44,224 bases of DNA from Lysobacterales bacterium (lineage in GTDB: Bacteria > Pseudomonadota > Gammaproteobacteria > Xanthomonadales > Ahniellaceae): the NCBI GenBank assembly GCA_031389245.1, contig JANMSL010000729.1, positions 1 to 44,224 of the forward strand, written 5' to 3'. Below, piece after piece: positions 18,335 through 26,871 of the stretch (within the stretch, counting starts at the first letter, position 1; each line of letters starts with the position of its first letter). The notes beneath the pieces were generated by a model. That model was not told the DNA's origin and searched no databases. It saw only the letters and a list, made by a program, of their open reading frames with translations. A program made the translations under genes and the position numbers.

Positions 18335-19573
18335 ATGCCGAGCCAATATGTTCCAAATTCGCAAGTCACTGAGTCGGCCACACGCGGCATCACTGCAGCA
18401 CTGGGTCACGCGCGGCGCCGCATGTGCTGGTCTGTGGCAGGCTTGATCGCGCTGTGCTGTTTGCCGGTCTGGGCCAAGGGGCCCAGCGCAGCCGAACTCG
18501 ATGTTGAGATCGCCGCGGCCATGGCCGCCACAAAAGCGCGCGGCCTGGCCATCGCGGTGATCGATGGCGGTCGCGTGGTGCATGCGCGCAGCTACGGCGA
18601 GCGCAACGCAGCGCGCCAGCCACTGCAGCGCGACACCATCATGTACGCCGCGTCGCTGACCAAGGCCGCCTTTGCCTACATGGTGATGCAACTGGTCGAC
18701 GAGGGCCGGCTCGATCTGGATCGGCCGATTGCTGATTATCTGCAACAGCCATTGCCGAGCTATCCTCGGGAAGATGGTTACGGCCCGTGGGCTGATCTTG
18801 CCGATGACGAGCGCTGGCGCGCGCTGACAGCACGAATACTGCTCACACACAGCGCCGGATTCTCCAACTTCGCCTTCATCGAACCGGATGGCAAACTGCG
18901 CATTCACTTCGCACCTGGCGCGCGCTATGCGTACTCGGGAGAGGGCTTGATCCTGCTGCAGTTTGTGTTGCATCGTGGTCTGCAGCTGGATGTTGGCGCC
19001 GAGATGCAACGACGCGTGTTCGATCGTTTTGGCATGACCCGGACCAGCATGATCTGGCGAACGGATTTTGCCGAAAACCTCGCCGACGGCTGGGACATCA
19101 CTGGGCAACCGCATCCGCATGACGAGCGCAGCCGCGTGCGCGCAGCCGGATCCATGGACACCACGATTCGCGATGTCGCGCGTCTGGTGGCCGGCTATGT
19201 CCGCGGCGATGGCTTGTCGGCCAGCGCTCGTGCCGAACTGGTTCGGCCGCAGCTGGCCATTACCACGGCCAGCCAGTTTCCGTCGCTGCAGCCCGAGCTG
19301 CCTGCACACCAACGTCGCAGCGATCTGGCGTCGGGTTTGGGTGTGATCACGTTCAAAGGCCCGCAGGGCCGCGGCTTCATGAAAGGCGGACACGATGACA
19401 TCACGGCCAACACCTGGATATGCGTTGAACGCGGCCAACGCTGCGTCGTGATCCTCGCCAACGACGTGCGCGCCGAGGCGGCGTTTCCCAGGCTGGTGGC
19501 GTTCGTTTTGGGCGACACCGGCGCGCCATGGCGATGGGAATACGGCGCGGCGGAATTCTGGCAACACGAGTGA
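18335..19573 (+). CDS. Serine hydrolase, beta-lactamase (class C / PBP4*-like) family
   Basis: 412 aa. Nucleophile motif S-x-x-K: MYAASLTKAAFAYMV. A Y-x-x motif is in the context YAYSGEG. An alternative start at 18422 (MCWSVAGLIALCCLPVWA) gives a cleaner signal peptide. Confidence 0.8.
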   Translation: MPSQYVPNSQVTESATRGITAALGHARRRMCWSVAGLIALCCLPVWAKGPSAAELDVEIAAAMAATKARGLAIAVIDGGRVVHARSYGERNAARQPLQRDTIMYAASLTKAAFAYMVMQLVDEGRLDLDRPIADYLQQPLPSYPREDGYGPWADLADDERWRALTARILLTHSAGFSNFAFIEPDGKLRIHFAPGARYAYSGEGLILLQFVLHRGLQLDVGAEMQRRVFDRFGMTRTSMIWRTDFAENLADGWDITGQPHPHDERSRVRAAGSMDTTIRDVARLVAGYVRGDGLSASARAELVRPQLAITTASQFPSLQPELPAHQRRSDLASGLGVITFKGPQGRGFMKGGHDDITANTWICVERGQRCVVILANDVRAEAAFPRLVAFVLGDTGAPWRWEYGAAEFWQHE

Positions 19574-19615
19574 GCAGGCGCGCTGGGAAAGATACATTCA
19601 TGCTCTGCTGCCAAG

Positions 19616-19639
19616 TGGCGTTGCCGGTGCGCAACGCCA
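19616..19639. terminator. Hairpin in a convergent gap
   Basis: TGGCGTTGC-CGGTGC-GCAACGCCA forms a 9-bp stem between the hydrolase stop (19573) and the GNAT stop (19650). Confidence 0.3.
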
Positions 19640-19649
19640 TGCGGTAGGG

Positions 19650-20363
19650 CTAGAGTTGACGCTCGGATTGCATGCGCTCCGGTTCGACGCGGCGGCGCAG
19701 CGACCAGAACGGAATATCGCGGCGAAGGTGATAACCCATCTGCTCGTACAGAGATTTGGCACGCTGGTTTTCATGGCTGACATGCAGGAACGGAATGCGA
19801 CCGCGTTCTAGATTGTCATTCGACAACAGCGCAACCAGACGCCGGGCATAGCCGCGACCATTGAAATCCGGATGCGTGCAGACCGCGCTGATTTCCTGAT
19901 GCGACTGGGTACCCAGTCGCTCGCCAATCATCGCCGCCAGCCGGCCCTCCTGGTAAATACCAAAGTAGCGGCCCAGCGCCATTGTGCGTTCGCGAAAATA
20001 ATGCGGATACACCAGTGCCGTCAGTGCCAACACGTCCGCTCGATGCGCCTCGGTCAACTCGACGACCTCCGGCCCGTCGATGTTCGCAATCGACCCGGCA
20101 CATACCATCTGTGCCAGGGAACGGTACGCGTCCAGCTGCCACAGGTCGGACAAACGCGGTGCCACGCCAAGCAGATAGACGCTTTCACCCGGTGCAACCA
20201 GGGATTCGATCGCATCGCTGACTTGCGCTTCGGCTTGCGCAATACCTAAAAACGGCGCGAACTCCGCCGGATAGCGCGCGGCATCGCCGGCGCACACCGC
20301 CAGGTCGCGGTGCCGGCTGTGCAGAGAAGACCAAAACGGATTGTCCAGAATGTGCGAGGGCAT
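19650..20363 (-). CDS. GNAT family N-acetyltransferase
   Basis: Start chosen at 20363 (MPSHILDNPFW...). Acetyl-CoA binding region: ISAVCTHPDFNGRGYARRLVALL, then AKSLYEQMGY. Confidence 0.7.
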   Translation of the reverse strand: MPSHILDNPFWSSLHSRHRDLAVCAGDAARYPAEFAPFLGIAQAEAQVSDAIESLVAPGESVYLLGVAPRLSDLWQLDAYRSLAQMVCAGSIANIDGPEVVELTEAHRADVLALTALVYPHYFRERTMALGRYFGIYQEGRLAAMIGERLGTQSHQEISAVCTHPDFNGRGYARRLVALLSNDNLERGRIPFLHVSHENQRAKSLYEQMGYHLRRDIPFWSLRRRVEPERMQSERQL

Positions 20364-20560
20364 GACTGACTGAATGCTACGCGATTTTCTTGCGCGCAAG
20401 TCGGGCACACCGGACTTGGAACAGTTCAAATTTCATGCGTCGTGCTGCTCTGGGTGCGACTGACCGGCGCCACCCGTCAGCACAGTCGCGAAGCGCTTGC
20501 TGCATCGCCAGCACGCGCTCAGCGCGCTTTGTCTTCGAGCATTTTCGCAGTGCCCATCAA

Positions 20561-22447
20561 CTACTCAAAACCATTTGCAAACACCGTATCGCCTGCGGGC
20601 AGCGTCAGCAATTCGATGCCATCGAGACTGACCTGCGCGCCGGCACCGACGATCACCTGTCGGGCAAACTCGAAGTTGGCAACGCCATCGGCCACGGTGG
20701 TCACAAACCCAATGCGCTGCGCCTGGCGCCAGCCGATGGCACTGTAGATGTCGTAGTTGTCGAGCACACGCGTGCCTTCGACAAGTGCGCCCAGGCTGCG
20801 TGTGGCATTGTTAAAGGTCACGGTATTGGAAAGGTAGAACACCGCCAGATAGCGGCCATTGGGCACGGTCAGTGCGTAGCTGAAGGCGGTTCCGCGGCGG
20901 CTGTCCAGATGCAGCACGTCGTCTTCGCTGCCATACAGCCCACGAAATCCGCTGTTGATGCTCGCTGCGCTGCCGCCGGTAAAGCCAGTGTCAGCCTCGA
21001 AGCTGACTGCACCATTGCCGACATCGGCTCCGGTCATTGCGGCGCCGCCGACATTGATCGCTCGCGCTGTCGGTCGCGGCGCGGCAGCGGCAAGCACCAG
21101 CACGGCAGATTCGCCATGCACTGGCGCGCCGCCGTCGTTGACGCTGACGCGCAGTCGATAGGCGCCTGCGTTGCTCGGGGTCCACCAGGCCAATTTCGGA
21201 TCGGCACTGTCGATTTCGAACGCGACTGTCGTGGGGCCTTCCAGCTGCGAGAAACTGATCGTCGCCGGCTGCGGCAAGTCGTCGTCGTCGACCAGTGCAC
21301 GCACGCGCAGCGGACGGCCAACGCGCGTAACCGGCTCCACCCACAGCACTACCCGCGGCGAGCGTGCGGCGGGAATGGGATGCACCACACGCACGCTACG
21401 CGAAAACGTCGTGTTGCCAGCAAACGCCGCGACATAGCTGGTGCCCGTTGCCTGGGCGCGCAGCACGGTGCTGGCGTCGGCTGGCACTGGCAACGCGGGC
21501 GCGGTGAACGATGTGGTGCCGGTGGCGGTGCCGCTACTCGCGCCAAAACTGTAGTTGACGCTGCTGACCGCGGCATCGGCAGCGCCCGTGGTGCCACTGA
21601 GCGCCACCGTGCCGGCATTGGTATACAGCGTGCCCCCATTCGCGGGCAGTGTGAGCTGCACCGCAGGATCAGTGAAGACCTGCGGCAAATGCCAGCGTTG
21701 CGCAATCAGCCAGGGTGCCAGTTTGGCGACCGCATAGCTCTGCGGAAAAATGCCGTGGCCACCGCTGGCGAATTCGGTATAGAGCGGATCGGCGCCCACC
21801 GTGCGCAGGCCGGCAACGCCTTCGCGTGACGAAATCGGCAATACGGTGCCATCGTTGGCCGCATGAAAAAACCACATCGGTACCCGCGCGATGATGGGAT
21901 GCGTCACCACATTGGAAATATTGTAGGCCGGGCAGACCGGCAACGCCGCCGCGGCGATGCTGTCGAAGTTACTGGCCAATCCCAGCGCGCCGGCCCCGCC
22001 CATGGACAGGCCGGTGACATACAGCCGCGCAGGGTCAAAGCCAAATTCGCGCTGTACGTCGTCGAGCATGTCGATCGAACCGACCAGTGGACCTTCGTTC
22101 GACCACCAGTCGTTGGGCTGGGTATTCGGGCACTGCGGCGCAACCACGATCATCGGCACAGCGGCCGCTTCGACCGCATTGACCAAAGCGAACATGCCGT
22201 TGGCACTGTTGTTCAACTGCGCAGTATTGTTGCTGCCGCGCTCCCCTGCGCCATGATAGAAAAGCAGCAGTGGGCAACGCCGATTGCTGCACGCCGCTGG
22301 CACGTAGACCCGATAGGGCAACGCAATCGCGCTGCCGCCATCCACCGACACTGTCCGCGATGCAAAATCACCGACCACCACCGTAGCGCAGGCAGTCAAC
22401 GGCATTAGCATCGACACCCAAAGCAGAACACCTGTGTGCGCTCGCAT
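20561..22447 (-). CDS. Lipoprotein alpha/beta-hydrolase esterase fused to Ig-like repeats and a malectin-like carbohydrate-binding domain
   Basis: 628 aa. Lipobox: LMPLTAC. Oxyanion region: LLLFYHGAGERGSNN. Nucleophile elbow: GLSMGG. Acid and base candidates: HAANDGTV and SGGHGI. Malectin-like segment: INVGGAAMTGADVGNGAVSFEADTGFTGGS. It ends in TVFANGFE followed by the stop. Confidence 0.75.
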   Translation of the reverse strand: MRAHTGVLLWVSMLMPLTACATVVVGDFASRTVSVDGGSAIALPYRVYVPAACSNRRCPLLLFYHGAGERGSNNTAQLNNSANGMFALVNAVEAAAVPMIVVAPQCPNTQPNDWWSNEGPLVGSIDMLDDVQREFGFDPARLYVTGLSMGGAGALGLASNFDSIAAAALPVCPAYNISNVVTHPIIARVPMWFFHAANDGTVLPISSREGVAGLRTVGADPLYTEFASGGHGIFPQSYAVAKLAPWLIAQRWHLPQVFTDPAVQLTLPANGGTLYTNAGTVALSGTTGAADAAVSSVNYSFGASSGTATGTTSFTAPALPVPADASTVLRAQATGTSYVAAFAGNTTFSRSVRVVHPIPAARSPRVVLWVEPVTRVGRPLRVRALVDDDDLPQPATISFSQLEGPTTVAFEIDSADPKLAWWTPSNAGAYRLRVSVNDGGAPVHGESAVLVLAAAAPRPTARAINVGGAAMTGADVGNGAVSFEADTGFTGGSAASINSGFRGLYGSEDDVLHLDSRRGTAFSYALTVPNGRYLAVFYLSNTVTFNNATRSLGALVEGTRVLDNYDIYSAIGWRQAQRIGFVTTVADGVANFEFARQVIVGAGAQVSLDGIELLTLPAGDTVFANGFE

Positions 22448-22758
22448 ACCCGCTCACCGTCTTTGTCGCTGAGCGCAAGATGATACACACGCGCCCGAAT
22501 CCGCGGCGCCCGCGCGCTGCCAACTGCATCACATTCTGCTTCATGCGGCTTGTCGGCGCACACGGTAGCGCCCGATCCCAAGACGACCGCGCACGGCGCT
22601 GTGCACTGGGAAACTGGTTAGTCGGTGCCGCTCACGCTTCTGCGTATGCTGGTGATTGGCGCGGCCAAAACGGTCAAGAAAATTTGAGCATTGCAGATTG
22701 ACTGAAGGCACAAGATGCCCGCATTGATCCCGTACTGATCGCGCGTACCCACGGCCAG

Positions 22759-23844
22759 TTATCGCACCGCGGCGCCGGTGTCGAACGCGATGCGCTGCGT
22801 TAACAGTGCCTTTCCTTGCGCATCATTCAGCCGCATGGAGAGTTCGCGACGTTGCCAGTCGATCTCCAGCATGCCGAAATTGGCGACGCTGTAAGCGCTG
22901 CCCAGACGCTTGGCGTTGGGCACAGCCACCGGCCAGGTCTCGGTGAGACCACTTGATGTCAGGTCCCACAGGGGATAGGCAACATTGCGCTTCTGCGAGG
23001 TTATTTCGCCGTAGTGGGTGTCGCCACTGATAAAAACGATGCCGCGCGCATTGGTGTTGCGAATCAGTTCGTACAACCGTTGCTGATCTTCAACGTAGTT
23101 GGCCCATGCTTCCCACGCAGGAAAGTCAGCGAGCACCTGTAGGCTGGAGCCAATGATGCGCAGGTCCGCAGGCTTGCGCAGCTCGTCCTCCAGCCACTGC
23201 CACTGTGTTTCGCCCAGCATGGTGGCGTTGGGGTCGGCGTTGCGCACATACGGACCCGGCACTTCGCCGGTCTTGCCCTTTTGTTGCTCGTACCACAGAT
23301 CATAGGTTTTGGTATCGCCCCAGCGCGCGTCCACGGTGATGGGAGTGCGGTTGTAGCGCAGGTCGAGCAGAATGATCTGCACGCGTTGGCCGACAGGGCC
23401 GTAGTAGTAAGAGGTGTAAATGCCATCCCGTTCACGTCTGGGCGATTCCTTCGGCTCTTTCCAGAAATCCAGGAATTGACGACGCGTCTCTTCCTTCATC
23501 GGATAGTCGCCACCGGCGTCGTCCTCACCATAGTCGTGGTCGTCCCAGGTAGCGATCACCGGTGTTTTTGCGCGAAGTTTCTTGAAGCCGGGATTGGCTG
23601 CAAACTGTGCATATTTCTCGCGCATGACTTTGGGCTCACGCGTGTCCAGATAAACATTGTCACCGAGAAAGACGAACAGCTCGGGCTTGGACTTCAGCAC
23701 CGCGCCCCAGATCGGTTGCTGCTTGTTCTCGCGCGCGCAGGAGCCAAAAGCGATCCGCGTCAATGTCTGCTCGAGCGCTACGGCATTGGTCGGCGCGCTC
23801 AATAGCCCAGCAGTCAGCGACAGTGCCAGCGCAAATGTACGCAT
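22759..23844 (-). CDS. PhoD-family alkaline phosphatase / phosphodiesterase
   Basis: The start at 23844 (MRTFALALSLTAGLLSAPTNAVA) lies 2 nt after the upstream TBDR stop. Metallophosphatase motifs: FVFLGDNVYLD, ATWDDHDYGEDDAG, VFISGDTHYGE. Confidence 0.8.
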   Translation of the reverse strand: MRTFALALSLTAGLLSAPTNAVALEQTLTRIAFGSCARENKQQPIWGAVLKSKPELFVFLGDNVYLDTREPKVMREKYAQFAANPGFKKLRAKTPVIATWDDHDYGEDDAGGDYPMKEETRRQFLDFWKEPKESPRRERDGIYTSYYYGPVGQRVQIILLDLRYNRTPITVDARWGDTKTYDLWYEQQKGKTGEVPGPYVRNADPNATMLGETQWQWLEDELRKPADLRIIGSSLQVLADFPAWEAWANYVEDQQRLYELIRNTNARGIVFISGDTHYGEITSQKRNVAYPLWDLTSSGLTETWPVAVPNAKRLGSAYSVANFGMLEIDWQRRELSMRLNDAQGKALLTQRIAFDTGAAVR

Positions 23845-23846
23845 GA

Positions 23847-26084
23847 TCAGAAACTCGCATCGACAGTGAAGAACCATTGCCGCGGCGCGCCCGTCAACAG
23901 CGTGTAGTTGTTGCCATTCGGATCGGAAGTGACGAAGCCATTGCTGCCGACTGTCGAAAAGTATTCCTTGTCCAGCAGGTTGGTCACCTGCAGCTGCAAC
24001 TTCAACGCCTTGAATGCTCCGACCTCACCAAAGTCATAACCGGCCGACGCGCTGAGCAACCAGAAATCTTCGACTTTGGAGTCGTTCAAGTAGGTGATGA
24101 AGCGTTCATCGGTGTATTGCGCGATGATCCCCGCGCTGAGCGCGCCTGAGGTATAGCTCAGGTCCGAGGTGAATAGCACCTGCGGGGTGCCCACCACTTG
24201 CTTGCCACTGGCGGGCACCAGGTTTTCCCCGTCCAGATAATCCGAGCGGTACTCAGAATCGTTATAGGAGACCGAGTGGTACCAGTTGATCTCGTCGCTG
24301 AGGTTCAGCGCGAGCGCCGCTTCGACACCGTTGGACTGCACCTTGCCGACGTTGGCGAAGCTGGACGGGCAGCCGACGATTCCGGCGCAACGGGCAATGG
24401 ACAGCAAGCGGTTGTCAAAGCGCACGTTGTACAACGCGATCGACGCCTGATACCAGTCCCGTTCGCTGCGCAGGCCGAGCTCGAACGTATCGGATGTCTC
24501 TGGCTCCAACGTATCTGCGAACAGGTTGAAGGCGGATTGGCTGGCCGAAAACGGGCCGCCCACGCCGGGTCGGAACGCTGCCATGTTCTTGGTGTAGGAC
24601 GAGAAAATTTCTTCGTTGTCGGTGAACTGATAGCGGGCTGCGATCTGCGGCAAGAAGCTGTCGTTGGATTCGATACTGCCACTGGCACGGCTACCGATCA
24701 GACTGATTGCATCGATATCGACATCGGTGCCTTTGAATCCGACATCGATGGCCAAAGCGCCTTCGAGCAGGTCGATTCTGTCACTGATGAAATACTGGGT
24801 TGTGTCGGTATCAAATCGCTGCCGGAATACGCGCAGATCCGGGTCGCGATAGAAAAACGATTCATCTGGCGGATTGTTGCGGTCGAGGTTGTAGAAATTG
24901 CGCTGCAGACCATGCACGCTGTTCTCGACCCAGATACCGGCGCTGATGGTGTTGATACCGAAAGTAGCCGAGATGCTGGGTATGAAGCCGGTGCGTTCGA
25001 TGTCGTACTCGGTGGTGCGTATCGAGATCGGCACGGTAGGAGAAGGACGGTAAGGTGTGGCCCACGTGCCCTGGCCTGCGTTGCGGTGATAGTAGGCGAG
25101 CATCTGAACGGCGATCGCATCGGTGGCCTGCCAGTCGAGATTGACCGAAGCCATATCATCATCGCGCAATCCGCTGGCTGTGTAATACGCGTCGTCGAGA
25201 CTATTCGCCGCGCCGCTGTAAATTCCGTTGGCGGCGTCGATCGCACGTTGCCAATCCGGTTGATAGTTGTCCCAGTCCCAGCCCAATCTCTGCTGCGACT
25301 CCAGCGACAGATCAGCGTAGTCGATTTCATTGCGACGCGAGGTGGAGACATATCCGGCAAGACTGAACCATTCGTTGCTGTAGACCAGTTTGCCGTTGAA
25401 CTGTGACTGCTCCTGGTCGCCGGCACCTTTCCATTTGTCCGTATCCGCGAACGCAAAGCTGAGATAGCTGCTGAAGCCACCGTGCTCGCCGCTGTCCATG
25501 CTGGCAAAGGTGCGCCAGGCACTGTCGCTGCCGAAGCTCTGCGCCACGCGGACGCCAAAGTCCGGCTCGGGATTGCGCGTAAAGAATTGCGCGGTGCCGC
25601 CCAGATTGCTGGTCGAAGCGGTGGCGATCGCGCCAGCGCCTTGTGCAAGCTCTACGCGCTGAAGGTTTTCTGCGGCTACGGCGCGGCTGATGTGCATGCC
25701 GTTGTGGTTGCCGTAGCTCATGTCGCCAAGGGGCACGCCATCCAGGGTGAAGCCGAGCTGGTTTTGGCCAAAACCACGAATGCTGATGCGCGTCGACCAT
25801 TCGTAATTGCCGAACGGATCCGCGGACTGGAAGCTCACGCCCGGAAGCTTGCTCAGCAATTTCAACGGACTGGTGCCGGCCGGGAGTTTCTGTGCCTCCA
25901 CTTCGATGTCCAGCTCTTGCACTTGACGCGTTTCGCCTTTGCCGATCACCGATATCCCTTCGAGCGTCGCTGCATCGGCATCACCTGTATCCACGGCTGT
26001 ATCCACCGTGGTCTGCGCGAATGAGGTGCCGGCGCAGAGCGCGCTGCAAATCGCGGTGGCAAGGAGTGAGCGAATCGCGTTCAT
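23847..26084 (-). CDS. TonB-dependent receptor
   Basis: The start at 26084 (MNAIRSLLATAICSALCAGTSFAQ) gives a clean signal peptide. Plug motifs: SPLKLLSKLPGVSFQSADPFG, RISIRGFGQNQLGFTLDGVPLGD. The C-terminus is ...FTVDASF. Confidence 0.85.
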   Translation of the reverse strand: MNAIRSLLATAICSALCAGTSFAQTTVDTAVDTGDADAATLEGISVIGKGETRQVQELDIEVEAQKLPAGTSPLKLLSKLPGVSFQSADPFGNYEWSTRISIRGFGQNQLGFTLDGVPLGDMSYGNHNGMHISRAVAAENLQRVELAQGAGAIATASTSNLGGTAQFFTRNPEPDFGVRVAQSFGSDSAWRTFASMDSGEHGGFSSYLSFAFADTDKWKGAGDQEQSQFNGKLVYSNEWFSLAGYVSTSRRNEIDYADLSLESQQRLGWDWDNYQPDWQRAIDAANGIYSGAANSLDDAYYTASGLRDDDMASVNLDWQATDAIAVQMLAYYHRNAGQGTWATPYRPSPTVPISIRTTEYDIERTGFIPSISATFGINTISAGIWVENSVHGLQRNFYNLDRNNPPDESFFYRDPDLRVFRQRFDTDTTQYFISDRIDLLEGALAIDVGFKGTDVDIDAISLIGSRASGSIESNDSFLPQIAARYQFTDNEEIFSSYTKNMAAFRPGVGGPFSASQSAFNLFADTLEPETSDTFELGLRSERDWYQASIALYNVRFDNRLLSIARCAGIVGCPSSFANVGKVQSNGVEAALALNLSDEINWYHSVSYNDSEYRSDYLDGENLVPASGKQVVGTPQVLFTSDLSYTSGALSAGIIAQYTDERFITYLNDSKVEDFWLLSASAGYDFGEVGAFKALKLQLQVTNLLDKEYFSTVGSNGFVTSDPNGNNYTLLTGAPRQWFFTVDASF

Positions 26085-26596
26085 GGCATTACCTTTTCTT
26101 CGGGCCGCGCACTCTTTCCTGCCATTGAGGAAGCAGGCCATGCTTGGCGTTGGTTGAGGCGCGCATGCTGCACGGCGCCCATGACACGCGCGTGTTGAGT
26201 TGATGGCTTTGACTTGACAAGCACGCTACGGGATTGTGTATAGCGACCGGTAAACCGAAGTGTTCTTGATCGCTGAATCGGTCTCGCGGGCACGCTGCGC
26301 AGGCGGATGCCGTCAGACAGTAAAGGTCAGTGCCGTGGTTCTATTTGCTCAGTCGACAGCATTTCACGCGTGTTGCCTCACCAGATATTTCCGATGCTGC
26401 GCGCGCCTGGCTTGGTCATTCGACCGCTGACGCAAATGCGGTCAACTGCGGCCGCGTGCGACATTGATTCCCACACCGGTGCGCGATCGGGTGCAAAGCC
26501 GCCACATTAGTCCGGCCCAGGCCCATCTCGTCGGCGACAGCGATTAGCGATTCGATGCGATGCCTTGACGTGGTCGTTCGCGAGCGATCCAACTAG

Positions 26597-26625
26597 TTGC
26601 AAATGCGAACGCGTCGTAATACGCT
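26597..26625 (+). promoter_or_regulatory. Candidate promoter, with a possible degenerate Fur box, upstream of the hemP-like ORF
   Basis: TTGCAA-17 nt-TACGCT lies immediately upstream of the ATG at 26632. The A/T-rich segment GCAAATGCGAACGCGTCGTAAT matches only about 8 of 19 positions of the GATAATGATAATCATTATC Fur consensus by my alignment. Confidence 0.2.
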
Positions 26626-26631
26626 TACCGA

Positions 26632-26808
26632 ATGCCGACCAATGCACCTCCGCCCTCTGCGCCTAACTCCACACACCTCAACAACCCGCCCAGACGCATT
26701 TCCAGCGAATCGCTTTTTAGTGGCGCGACGATGCTGGAAGTCGTCCACAACGGCACGGTCTACCGCCTGCAAATCACGGCTTCAAACAAACTGATCTTGA
26801 CCAAATAG
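26632..26808 (+). CDS. hemP: HemP/HmuP-family small protein (58 aa), absent from the supplied ORF track
   Basis: Manual translation: MPTNAPPPSAPNSTHLNNPPRRISSESLFSGATMLEVVHNGTVYRLQITASNKLILTK then TAG. The C-terminal pattern (I.S..L..G...V.H.G..YRL..T...KLILTK) is the hallmark of the PF10636 hemin-uptake protein HemP family. The ORF sits 63 nt upstream of a TonB-dependent receptor. Confidence 0.7.
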   Translation: MPTNAPPPSAPNSTHLNNPPRRISSESLFSGATMLEVVHNGTVYRLQITASNKLILTK

Positions 26809-26871
26809 ATCAAAAAATACACCAGCCCGCCCACGCCAGCCAGTGTTCCCCACCATCACCAGGGACACCCT

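Noticed and set aside
18230-19597. 455-aa minus-strand ORF
   Set aside because: It is antisense to the serine hydrolase, whose SxxK motif and signal peptide support the plus strand.
20390-21829. 479-aa plus-strand ORF
   Set aside because: It is antisense to the esterase/malectin gene. The sequence is Arg/Ala/Gly-rich with no domain signatures.
24198-25406. 402-aa plus-strand ORF and the 316-aa minus-strand ORF at 24698-25648
   Set aside because: Both overlap the TonB-dependent receptor 23847-26084 in other frames or on the other strand. Only the receptor frame has plug and barrel motifs and a terminal Phe.
26215-26335. Possible Pho boxes upstream of the TBDR-PhoD operon (minus-strand CTGACCTTTACTGTCTG at about 26311-26327, and TTGTCAAGTCAAAG at about 26206-26219)
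   Set aside because: The half-sites match CTGTCAT at only 4-5 of 7 positions, and the spacing is 10 rather than 11 bp. This is not convincing without a species-specific matrix.
26597-26794. 65-aa plus-strand ORF listed in the track
   Set aside because: It has no recognisable features and is in a different frame from the HemP-like ORF (26632-26808), which has a strong family signature.
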